From an uncultured Methanosarcinaceae archaeon (GTDB lineage Archaea > Halobacteriota > Methanosarcinia > Methanosarcinales > Methanosarcinaceae): 64,000 bases of DNA. Shown piece after piece: positions 54,249 through 64,000 of the stretch. Every line of letters begins with the position of its first letter. Within the stretch, counting starts at the first letter, position 1. The notes under the pieces are model-generated. The model saw only the letters and a program-made list of their open reading frames with translations. It was not told the DNA's origin and ran no database searches. The stretch spans positions 192,001 to 256,000 of the forward strand of contig CAVSHT010000009.1 of the NCBI GenBank assembly GCA_963727895.1. The letters run 5' to 3'. A program made the translations under genes and the position numbers.

Positions 54249-54812
54249 TTACTTCCTTTCAAGAAATTCTATGAAAGATTCTAAATTATGCTCTTTTATT
54301 TGAATACAGAAATCATTGTTTTTGTCAATGTATTTGTACTGTTCATATAAGGCATTTAATTGATTATACATTGTTAAGTTTACAGATTTATACCATTGTA
54401 CATAATCTTGAAGTATGTCAACAGACATCGGACACAATAATAACGTTAAACCAAATTCTGTATCCTCATCAGAGAAAATTACAAAAGGAAAATTTCTACA
54501 TGCTTCAGGCCTATTATCATATATTCTGCATTTTGAGTTTATCAATAACGGGCACTGATCAACAGCATTTATTGCTTTATAACATCCTTCCAGCTCCGAT
54601 TTCACCACATTCGATTTTAAAAGATTCGCACTTTCTTTATCGACATTCTTGAAGATGTTCTCATATTCTTTTCTATGAAAATCGATAATATGATGTTTGC
54701 AGCAACTCGCATTACATGATTCAGGACAGCTATAATGTTTAAGTATGCTTTGAGTTTTTGAGATTAACCAGTCGTATTTTTCAAAACGTTGTCTTTTGGC
54801 CATAGCAGTCAC
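54249..54812 (-). CDS. YkgJ-family cysteine cluster protein
   Basis: CPESCNASCC, CPLL..CRIYDNRPEACRNFPF. Confidence 0.85.
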   Translation of the reverse strand: MTAMAKRQRFEKYDWLISKTQSILKHYSCPESCNASCCKHHIIDFHRKEYENIFKNVDKESANLLKSNVVKSELEGCYKAINAVDQCPLLINSKCRIYDNRPEACRNFPFVIFSDEDTEFGLTLLLCPMSVDILQDYVQWYKSVNLTMYNQLNALYEQYKYIDKNNDFCIQIKEHNLESFIEFLERK

Positions 54813-54954
54813 CCAATTGAAAGAAAAAAGAAATGTTAAGTATAGTAAGAGATATAAATTGCCCTATTTTAGGATAACTTAATATAGCATTTTAAATATT
54901 TTTGATTTTACGGAAAATTGGTATTCTGTTTCTTCATTGAAGCCAGAGTTTTAA

Positions 54955-55623
54955 TTACTTATTTATTGCTCTAAATGTTTCCTCATGCAAATAAATATCG
55001 TTATGAAAAGCAGCATCTATTTCCTGCACATTAAATCCCTGAGCCTGGAGTTTCCTGCAGTCCTGAACGATTTCTGGAACATCTCGAATTCCAAATATAA
55101 TTAACGTTGGCTGGGATGTATTGGGCTGCCATACTGGTAATTGACCCATGATTTTTATGAACAAATTGAAGGAACTCTCACTCACACGATAGCTTCTGAT
55201 AATTTCAAGCCTATCACAAGCTGTTTCACTATATCTGGTATTTAGAGCAGGTGAGATACCAATAGCAAAATCAGCGCTGCTTAAAAGTGACAGACGCCCT
55301 CTGAGTGAATAGCCAACGGCGGCTACTTTTCCGTATTGTCGGCAGTGTTCTATAGCTGTCTCCAGTTCTGCCAACATATCTTTGTGCAAGACCGAAAGAT
55401 TCTCACCATGGCCTCACAGGTCTATAGCGCAGACTACCAGACCTGTTTCAGCTATGCGCCAGGCCAACCCCAGTTCTTCCTCTTTACAGCCTCCATAACC
55501 GTGCACTAAAACAACACTACCCGCTGGCTTCAAAGGAACGATCTTCACCGCTGGAATAGTTTTTTCCTTTTCCTGCACAAGTAACAGCCGTTCAATTTTC
55601 ATAGTTTTTTCCTCTGGTCTCAT
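54955..55623 (-). pseudogene. Alpha/beta hydrolase, frameshifted near 55415
   Basis: VHGYGG, AIDL(R)GHGE, GYSLRG nucleophile-like motif and C-terminal H. Confidence 0.75.
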
Positions 55624-55812
55624 ATTTCACCTGAAAATTATCCTTAGTCATTTTTGTAAAAGTACATCCTTTTACAAAAATCATTTTACCTTTTACACCT
55701 AGACAGATTTGAGTTATCATCTTCACTTTACTAAATACACCAGATATACCAAAGAAAGTACATAAATCAGAAGTTTCAATAACGGAATCAAATAACCTTG
55801 AGGTAATATAAC

Positions 55813-56147
55813 ATGCTTCATTATCCAGAAGATTTGACGGCTATCCCGTACCTAATCGAAAAAACAATCACATTGATCGGGAACAAGTGAACTCTATTAT
55901 TAATAAGAGAATTTTATCTCTCAGATGGTCCTTTGCGATTCAATGATTTACTAAAGTCCCTGAAACCAATAAGCTCGAAAACACTGTCTTCAAAGCTCAA
56001 GGATCTTGTGTCATATGGAATTATAGAAAGAAATGTTGAGAATACAAGCCTATAAAAGTAAAATATTCCCTAACGGAAAAAGGCAAAGACCTTAGAGATG
56101 TTTTACTTTCTATGGCTGAATGGAGTAAGAGATGGTATAGTTCCTAA
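55813..56147 (+). pseudogene. HxlR-family regulator pseudogene (not in ORF track)
   Basis: IEKTITLIGNK*TLLLIRE..GPLRFNDL..ISSKTLSSKLKDL..GIIER, frameshift, KVKYSLTEKGKDL..WSKRW*. TGA sits at the conserved Trp. Confidence 0.85.
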
Positions 56148-56183
56148 AGATCGTGCAGGCATGGAAATCACCTTATTGAGAAA

Positions 56184-56750
56184 TTAAAGGCAACCTTTCG
56201 TTTGTTCTTTCTTTATTTTTGACATCACAACCATTTTTACCAGATAATCATATTTTTTCCAGCTATGTTCATCGATTTCTGGCATTGAGACAATGTGAGC
56301 TTCACTTCTTTTCTTGCCGGTGCAGGAGTCGATAGATTTCTGGATGGCAGCAGGGTTTTTATTTCCGACCATGTATACAATTTTTATTTCCCTGATAAAA
56401 CGGGAGATTGCAGTCATAGGAATTTCATTCAAGTAGGACAACGGGGACTTTGAGCCGATTATTTTTCGTGATCCTGCCATTGTAGAGACTCCATTTTCGG
56501 CAAGTGAGATTAAAGACTGACCTGCCCAGTGAGCACTTTCTGCTCCGCAGACGATCAGGTAGTTTATGTTTGGATTTGCGAGCACATTGGTTATTATTTT
56601 TTCAATCCCAAAGTTTGCAGTAAAGCAAGTTCCACAAATTGCATAGTTCTGAAGCCCCCATTCTTTATGGTCAGAGGCAAGAGTTACTACAGCTACACTC
56701 GAGTCTGTATCTCCTATTACGTAGTTTCCGGAAGTTAGAGGCCATACCAT
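56184..56750 (-). CDS. Stand-alone MtrA/MtxA-like corrinoid protein lacking a membrane anchor
   Basis: WPLTSGNYVIGD..VAVVTLAS, AICGTCFTANFGIEKIITNVLANPNINYLIVCG and H..GQSL. Confidence 0.85.
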   Translation of the reverse strand: MVWPLTSGNYVIGDTDSSVAVVTLASDHKEWGLQNYAICGTCFTANFGIEKIITNVLANPNINYLIVCGAESAHWAGQSLISLAENGVSTMAGSRKIIGSKSPLSYLNEIPMTAISRFIREIKIVYMVGNKNPAAIQKSIDSCTGKKRSEAHIVSMPEIDEHSWKKYDYLVKMVVMSKIKKEQTKGCL

Positions 56751-57285
56751 ATCGTTTTGCTCCTATATATAATGGATTTTTATTGGTTTTTAATAGGGTT
56801 CATCTTTTAATTCGAATATACAAGTTAATTCTCCCTTGTAAAATCGAATTTGATATTAAGCTAGGTTCTTAACATGTCCTGACCAATTTAACATAATATT
56901 TATGGAATACTGCATGATTGAAAAGATATATGTCTGGTCTGCAGCAAATTCTTTACTGCACTGGCTATGTATATTACAATTTTAAAGTGAATAGATATCG
57001 TAATATTTTCGTATAAACTCCAGTCAAGACTGGCTCTCATAGACGCTGCTAACATGTGCCATTTACACACGTTTTTTGTGGCAACTGCCAATTTCCTTTT
57101 CTAATATATCATCAGTGAAAGCGCGATATCTGTTCACCTTGTGAGCATATAGGCATTGAGAGAAAATTTTCAGATGAATTCAAAAAAGAAAGTTTCTGCA
57201 AAATCTAGATTGATTTTGTAGTCTTTGTATATAATAAAAAAGTTAAAATGGGGTTTATATTAGAATTACATGAATCGTTGTTACT

Positions 57286-58701
57286 TTAAGTTTGTAATGG
57301 AGTTAGTTTACCTCCGTTGGTCAATGTATAAGTCTTGTTACCGAGCCAGGCGTTTGTACTGGAATTTGAGTCATAGTATATGGTATTTCCATTGTCTTTG
57401 ATATTAGACAACGTGGAATCTTCATCTTTCAAGCTTGTCAGGTATGAAGGTCCTGTTACGTTCCAGTTGCTGGTCGAATCCAGAGTCAAATTCATCGATT
57501 TTGCTTTATTGTTTGCATTAATAGATCCTGTCAAAGCAGTATTATTTTGCAATATAGCAGTGATTGAGCTGACATTATCACAGGTAATGTTACCGTTAAG
57601 AGTTTCATTTTCTGCCTTAAAGGTCACAGTACCACCATTTGATCCTGTATTGCCCCACCTGTCTGCATTTGCTTTCAAAAGCGTACCTGATGTAGCAGTC
57701 AAATTCGCATCTTTTACCTCGATTATAGATTGCGTGTTTGTGATATAGAAGAGAGGACCAACTTCTGCCTTGAGTGAGCCACCATTCATCGTAAAGCTGC
57801 TGGTTCCGACGTCGGCATCTCCTGAAAAACTCTGATAAAGCATAGCTCCACATTTTTTCATGCCTGAAAGAGTAACATTATTAAGGGATATTGAATTCTT
57901 TCCTTCTATTACTGCTGCTTCTGAGCCTGTTGCTAATAGTGTAGCGTTAGAGACTGTTATGTTGCCTGTTGAATAAATACCAGGAGAACCGTCTCCGGCT
58001 GTGTTCATTGTTCCACCAATGACAACAACGGTTCCTTGACCGCGGTCTGTTGCAATGGCTGCACAATGTTGCCCTTTTGTGTTAATGTAAACATTTGTAC
58101 AGGTTATATTACCGGTTTGAGTTGCATCTACACCGCGGGAGCCATCGGAAGAAGTCTTAATCGTAACATTGGACAGAGTTATTGAAGAACCCGTACCTGT
58201 AGAAAAGACACCATTGGCATTTGTAGTTATCGTACAGTTAGTTAGCTTTATTATGCTTCCAGATTCTGCCAGTACACCAGCGTCGAGACCATAAAAATCG
58301 CTGTTGTCATTTGAAGAGGTAGCTCCTGTTTTTAGTATTGTAGAATCCGATAAGGTGAATGTGCCATTGTTTTTAACTAAAATACCACTTTCGTCTTTAT
58401 TAGACGCGTTGAAGATCTGACTTGAGTTAGTCTCAGATCCCCCATTTTGTGAATATACACCACTTGCATTAATGGTTGCACTGCCTGAGCTTTGAGGACC
58501 AGATTAACCATTATTAGAGGAAGGTGGCATGTTAGTTGAACCATTATTAGGCGACGGTGGCATGTTGGCTGAACCGTTGGCTGGATTTACACTCCCATTT
58601 GATTTATTTTCTGAATTCTTTGTTGTTCCAGCACAGCCAGCAGAAAAAACAATTGTAAAAACTAAACAGAATATTGTTACTGTCTGTAATAATTTCCTCA
58701 T
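57286..58701 (-). pseudogene. Lipoprotein with autotransporter-like beta-helix repeats, interrupted by in-frame TAA
   Basis: Lipobox FSAGC. TAA at 58504-06 is in frame with the downstream open frame to 57286 (AIATDRG, SPGIYSTG, LYQSFSGDA, WNVTGPSYL). Confidence 0.8.
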
Positions 58702-58885
58702 ATTAAAACCTCTTGAGTTTTCGATCTTTTTTAAATATGGCCACACAAATAGATCCCCAAAAGAAGGGTAGTTTTTTAAGGAAGAGTATTCTGTATTTAC
58801 CTAAATAAATATATTTTTAGCCCTCTTTAAAAAATCCTCGAAAATCTGCTTTTCCTCAAAACATTATGAAAAAGAATATTAAAAA

Positions 58886-59000
58886 GACTCTGTAGAAAAC
58901 CTATCTAAATCAGTATTAGGAAAGCTTTAAAAAATAAAAAGTTTGATTATTTACCTCAAATAAGTTGAGGTCAGTTCTTATAGAGAAGTTTTACAGAGCC
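58886..59000. mobile_element. MITE-like element (~115 bp)
   Basis: TIR gactctgtagaa / ttttacagagcc, related to 825-943. Confidence 0.65.
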
Positions 59001-59019
59001 TGTTTTTCAAGTTAAGCAT

Positions 59020-60424
59020 TCATTTTGCTACTGCAATATATCCAGACACAGTTTTAGTGTTACTTCCAGCATTGTTCTTTACTGTTAAGCTGACAGTGAT
59101 ATTTTCCTGCTTTACTGTATTTGTGTGCAGGATTCTTGGCTGTTGAATATGTTCCATCTCCAAAACTCCATTTCCATGAAGTTGGACTATCTGTACTTTT
59201 GTCCGTAAACTGAACCTTCAGTGGAGCTTTTCCTGAGCTTGGAGACGCTGAAAAAGCAGCAACTGGTTTTATCGGGGCGGCTTTTACAGTTATATAATTC
59301 TTTATTGTTTTCGTATTTGTTCCAGCTGCATTCTTTACTGTTAAGCTGACAGTATATTTTCCTGCTTTACTGTATGTGTATGTAGGATTCTTTGACTGTT
59401 GAAGTTTTTCCATCTCCAAAGCTCCATTTCCAGCTAGTAGGGGTATTTGTGCTTTTATCCGTAAACTGTACCTTCAGTGGAGCATTTCCTGAGGTTGGAG
59501 ATGCCGAAAATGCAGCAACTGGGGCTTTTAAAGTTGTAACATTTATATAATTATTTATTGTTTTCGTGTTTGTTCCTGCAGCATTCTTTACTGTTAAGCT
59601 GACTGTATATTTCCCCGCTTCATCGTATGTGTATGACGGATTTTTCTTAGTTGAATATGTTCCATCTCCAAAATTCCATTTCCATGAAGTTGGGTGTTCC
59701 TGTACTTTTATCAGTAAATGTTACTTTCAGTGGTGCATTTCCTGAAGTTGGAGATGCAGTAAACGCAGCAACAGGTTTTGGTGTAGCTGTTGTGACATTT
59801 ATATACTTGGATTTTGTTACCGTATTGCTACCGCCAGCATTGCTTGCTGTCAAGTGCTACTGTGTAAGTTCCTGCTTTGGTATACTTGTGAGTTGGATTC
59901 TGAACTGTTGAATTTGTTCCATCTCCAAAACTCCATTTCCATGAAGTTGGTGTTCCTGTACTTTTGTCAGTAAATGTTACATTCAGAGGAACATTTCCTG
60001 AAGTCGGGGACGCAGAAAAGGCAGCAACAGGTGGGTTCGGTTTTTCGGGTCTTGTTTCTACATTGTCTATTTTGAAGCCATATGCAGTGTTATATCCATT
60101 TGTTGTAAATTTGACTTTTATAGTGTCTCCAGTGTACCAATCTGCCCAGAAATCATCGCTGTTATATTCATCATCGTAAGTTGCAAGTACATTTCCATCT
60201 TTGTCTAAAAGAGTTACTTTGTCAACATGATCAGAAGCAATGTCCAATTTCGTAAAATGCAACCTCATTTGAGTAGCGCCAGATTCGCTTATTGCAGGCC
60301 ATGTATGCTCAAAATGATTTGCATAAGGGTGATCTGATTCTGGTAAAGATTCAGCCGCAGAAGCAAATGTGCATGTAATAATGCTTATTAATAAACAACA
60401 CACTAAAATTTTCGAAAAATTCAT
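59020..60424 (-). CDS. Surface protein with CUB-like domain and four PKD repeats, several frameshifts
   Basis: Signal peptide, ESDHPY..MRLHFTK..YGFKID, and repeated PVAAFSASPTSG..FTDKSTG.PTSWKWSFGDG. Confidence 0.85.
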
Positions 60425-61031
60425 ATCAAATTATTCCTCCATGTTTTAATTGGAATGAAATGATGTCACAAAAATAGCGTGTTAGCAGGCAATACCATGA
60501 TACTCAAAATAAGAGATTTTTCATAATTTATTGGTTTTTTAATTGAAGTCACAGAGTACACATAATGCGGAAAATAATTACAAATCTTGGTGACTTTATA
60601 AAATATTTTAAAAGTCCTTGCTTTACAAAACTAAACTCATACTATTTTTTCATCATTTATTTTTTTCAAAAAATAATATTATTAAACAGAATTCATTAAT
60701 CTTCTTTAAACTTCTCTATTTTTATCGAAAATTCCATAAAAACCAGTGAAGAAATACAATTTAGCTAGAAAGATTTAAACATAAAAAAGTAAATCAAAAT
60801 ATTTAGCGTCTTAAATAAGTTAAGATCTAAGTTGCAAACCTAGATGCTGAATATGGAAATCAAAAGGTTACACTTAAATTTGCCCAAAAACACAGATTTC
60901 TCTTTTTATGAAATTTGATCAACAAGCCTGTTCACTACATAAAAATGATATGAAGAAACAAAGAAAAAGAAAAGAGCACAAAATTTCAAAAATAATAGTT
61001 CTAAGAAAAAACTAATTAAAGAATATATTAA

Positions 61032-61106
61032 TGGGATAGCGCGGATTTGAACCGCGGTCCAAGCGTCCCAAACGCTCGAGGATGGACCAAGCTACCCTAC
61101 TATCCC
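61032..61106 (-). tRNA. tRNA-Pro(TGG), CCA not encoded
   Basis: GGGATAG/CTATCCC acceptor stem, anticodon arm GAGCG-TTTGGGA-CGCTT, and GGTTCAAATCC T-arm. Confidence 0.97.
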
Positions 61107-61258
61107 AAGAGGTACTTTTTCACAAAGGAAGTAATCGTTTATATAGTTTTCGTTTGAAAATGGATATGTAACGTTTTTTCTAAAAAACTTTTATTGAAAA
61201 GCTAAAATTTTATCTATCTGCGCTTTCCAAGTTTTCAATCTCATATGAGGTTGTTTTT

Positions 61259-61810
61259 TCATTTCCAGCGATGATAGATCTCGTTTTCTATTCCGAGCAA
61301 ATCCAGAGTTCTTCCTACCATAACATCTATGAGATCTTCAAGAGTTTGGGGCCGTGAATAAAAGCCCGGACAGGCTGGAAGGATGCTTGCCCCTGCTCTT
61401 TTAGCCTTAAGCATATTTTCGATATGTATCAGGTTAAGAGGAGTTTCCCGGGTCATCAGGATAAGTTTTCTTTCCTCCTTGAGGCAGACGTCTGCAGCTC
61501 TTGTAAGAAGGGTATCGGATACCCCGTTTGCTACAGCTGCAAGAGTTTTCATGCTGCAGGGAGCGATAACCATTCCTCCTGTCCTGTAAGATCCACTGGC
61601 TATTGGTGCTGAAAAATCTTTCTGGGCATAGCTCCAGGTTGCAAGTTTCTCTACTGCTTCGGAGGTGTAATTAGTTTCGATTTTTATTATCTGGCTTGCA
61701 GCATCCGTCAAAACCAGATGGGTTTTAATTCCTTTCTCCGCCAGTACTTCAAGAAGGCGAATTCCATACTGGACCCCTGAGGCCCCGCTGATCCCTACCG
61801 TTATCTCCAT
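61259..61810 (-). CDS. ubiX: Flavin prenyltransferase
   Basis: GISGASG, IASGS, PCSMKTL, RAADV.LKE and RETP. Confidence 0.95.
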   Translation of the reverse strand: MEITVGISGASGVQYGIRLLEVLAEKGIKTHLVLTDAASQIIKIETNYTSEAVEKLATWSYAQKDFSAPIASGSYRTGGMVIAPCSMKTLAAVANGVSDTLLTRAADVCLKEERKLILMTRETPLNLIHIENMLKAKRAGASILPACPGFYSRPQTLEDLIDVMVGRTLDLLGIENEIYHRWK

Positions 61811-61883
61811 TTTATCCTGCCGTTGATGGTTTGCCGTTATTTCCAGTTATACATCATCTCTTGCCGTAATTTAATTAATTCTT

Positions 61884-62234
61884 TTACCCTGCCAGTTCGT
61901 CTCCTTTTTTATAAAAGGCAATGAAGCTTTCCACCATTTCCCCTGCGGCTGAGACTATATCTCTTATTTCCTCAGGGCTGATATTATCCTGATGTATTCC
62001 GACAACAAATACCGAGGTCTTCTTTGTTGCCTTGCTCACCTGTCTTGCTCCTTGCAGGGCAAGATATTCTTCCCGGTGCCCTGGCATTGTTATCACCGAT
62101 GAACTTGCTCTCTGGCTTTTCTCATCAAAGAGCCCAACGGCAACAGCTCCCACATGTTCCTCTCCACCTGTAAGGGTCAGCAGATAATCTTCTCCAATCT
62201 TTTTTACCTCAAGTACTATCTCGATTTTCCCCAC
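61884..62234 (-). CDS. LpdD-like small protein (putative prenylated-flavin chaperone)
   Basis: LTGGEEHVGAVA, PGHREE and GIH.DN, adjacent to ubiX. Confidence 0.65.
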   Translation of the reverse strand: MGKIEIVLEVKKIGEDYLLTLTGGEEHVGAVAVGLFDEKSQRASSSVITMPGHREEYLALQGARQVSKATKKTSVFVVGIHQDNISPEEIRDIVSAAGEMVESFIAFYKKGDELAG

Positions 62235-62374
62235 GTTTCCGTTTAATCTGAAACAAATTCCTACCTCAATTCTTCAAATTTTAAGAAAAATTTCATTTTT
62301 ATATTCTTTAAAGTTTTCTGATAAGTTTTTCATTTAAATGTTTCATTTAAATTCTATTTTTCCTTCCTTTTAAT

Positions 62375-63571
62375 TCAGATATCACTCAGTTTAAACTGTT
62401 TAAGGGATTTTTTAACATCAAAATAGTCTCGAGCGGCCTTTCCAACGGCTTCGCAGTGCTCTTTCGGGCTGTACACACCCATTCTCCAATTATCCATATG
62501 CGCTTCCTTCAGGATGGATACAAAATGAGAAGCTTCGTTAATAGGAATCATTTTATGATCAGTTTTTATCATGACCTGCATTTCCAGCATTTCAGGCGTC
62601 TTAGGAATGTCAACAAGCACATACTCAGGCTCAACCTCAGCCAATTCTGCAATTTCGTTTTCGACCCGTCGAATACGGTCACGGTGTTTTAGTACAGATT
62701 TTCCTACGTCTGCAAGACCCCCGTAAAGTGCCCGCTTGTAGAGATTACGGGTATCCAGCAAACGCGAAAGTTTTTCTGCATATCCAGTTGCATTTCGCAT
62801 GGCTGAGATGATGTCTATATCATCCATCTGCCTGAGCCTGAACGGATCAAGCTCTTTATTTTCGATCATATACTCCACTGATCTGGAACACATAGCTTCT
62901 GAAATCCTGGTTACATGATGGTAGTAAACCGATGTGTTCATCCAGAAACGTGATACTAAAAGAGATTCAGCGGCTTTTAAGCCACCATATTCTACAACAA
63001 GCCTATCTTCGTAAAAATTCATTTTATTGATTAGGCGATTGTAATCCACAACCCCAAAAGAGACACCCGTGTAATGGGCATCCCGAACAAGATAGTCCAT
63101 TCTATCCACGTCAATCTCGCTACTAAGGATCTGCCCTAAAGAAGTCTCTCCCTTTATATGCTTCACAAGGTTTCCTGGAGAAATTCCGTATTTGCTCAAA
63201 ACTTCCTTTATTTCCCCTTTTTCTAGGATTTCTTTTACATCATCGTGCCTGCGCCGTGTATATTTGTCAATAACATTCTCGGTAACATGAGAAAAAGGTC
63301 CGTGACCAACATCGTGCAAAAGAGCAGCAGCTTTTATTTCGGTTTTCTTGTCCTCTTCAATCGAGTCGATACTTCTGGTTAGCATAGATGCAAGGTGCAT
63401 TGCTCCAAGCGAGTGTTCAAAACGTGAATGATTTGCTCCTGGATATACAAGGTTTGAAAATCCAAGCTGTTTTACCCTCCTGAGGCGCTGCATCTGGGGA
63501 GTAGAAAGAAGGTCCTGAGCTAAATCATCCAGCTCGATGTAACCATGTACGGGATCAAGGACAACTTTCAT
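62375..63571 (-). CDS. HD-domain dNTPase-like phosphohydrolase
   Basis: DPVHG, QRLRRVKQLG, HSRFEHS, LLHDVGHGPFSH and DVDRMDYL. Confidence 0.93.
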   Translation of the reverse strand: MKVVLDPVHGYIELDDLAQDLLSTPQMQRLRRVKQLGFSNLVYPGANHSRFEHSLGAMHLASMLTRSIDSIEEDKKTEIKAAALLHDVGHGPFSHVTENVIDKYTRRRHDDVKEILEKGEIKEVLSKYGISPGNLVKHIKGETSLGQILSSEIDVDRMDYLVRDAHYTGVSFGVVDYNRLINKMNFYEDRLVVEYGGLKAAESLLVSRFWMNTSVYYHHVTRISEAMCSRSVEYMIENKELDPFRLRQMDDIDIISAMRNATGYAEKLSRLLDTRNLYKRALYGGLADVGKSVLKHRDRIRRVENEIAELAEVEPEYVLVDIPKTPEMLEMQVMIKTDHKMIPINEASHFVSILKEAHMDNWRMGVYSPKEHCEAVGKAARDYFDVKKSLKQFKLSDI

Positions 63572-63684
63572 TATTCTTTAAAGAGATTTCATTATATATT
63601 GCTATTACTAATACTCTTATACTGTAGATTTGCAGAAATACCAGCTACCCGAAAGTTTAAAAGAAAACCGGATAAGGTATTATC

Positions 63685-64000
63685 ATGATTATATTTTCAG
63701 GCGGCACCGGAACTCCAAAACTCCTTGATGGACTCAAGGAAATCCTCCCAGCGGAGGAACTGACCGTTGTTGTAAATACTGCCGAAGACCTGTGGGTTTC
63801 GGGAAATTTGATTTGTCCTGACCTGGATACAGTGCTCTATCTGTTATCAGACCAGATCGACCGAAAAAGATGGTGGGGCATAAAGGACGACACCTTTCTG
63901 ACTTATGAGCGTATGCAGGAACTGGGCATTACGGAAAGCATGAAACTTGGGGACCTGGACAGGGCAACCCATATCATCCGCTCGAATTTTATCCGAAATG
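63685..64000 (+). CDS. cofD: 2-phospho-L-lactate transferase, cut by window edge
   Basis: [48 protein letters not shown]. Confidence 0.93.
   Translation, partial: MIIFSGGTGTPKLLDGLKEILPAEELTVVVNTAEDLWVSGNLICPDLDTVLYLLSDQIDRKRWWGIKDDTFLTYERMQELGITESMKLGDLDRATHIIRSNFIRN

Noticed and set aside
56900..57150. Short ORF or gene remnant
   Set aside because: No recognisable family and multiple stops upstream.
59020..60030. Repeats as a possible diversity-generating template/variable pair
   Set aside because: These are ordinary PKD repeats and no reverse transcriptase is present in the window.

Overview
Archaeal chromosomal window, very likely Methanosarcina: it has a tandem DUF1608 S-layer gene with PGF-CTERM, frhADGB, an MtrA-like gene, cofD and the rps19e-rpl39e-rpl31e-eIF6-LX-pfdA-ftsY cluster. 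Bases 1-41.7 kb are mostly housekeeping genes: F390 synthetase-like ligase, nikR, ALDH, a P-type ATPase, moaD/moeA, S-layer, ribD-like, proABC, peroxiredoxin and ribosomal proteins. An intact IS1 with an 8-bp TSD also lies here. Bases 42-61 kb form an IS-rich accessory region between rps19e and tRNA-Pro(TGG), holding an integrase stub, an IS110 element, three decayed IS1 copies, frhADGB and several pseudogenes. Best hunt results: (1) the IS110 non-coding end folds into a bridge-RNA-like structure whose loop has an exact 11-nt match to the element's own insertion flank; (2) an unannotated two-hairpin H/ACA guide RNA candidate at ~26.27-26.44 kb; (3) a putative S-layer regulatory module; (4) a ~115-bp MITE family; (5) a secreted Lys/Val-rich peptide. 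Many genes carry single-base frameshifts, often in homopolymers, which may be assembly errors. All family calls are from motif recognition by eye, without database searches.
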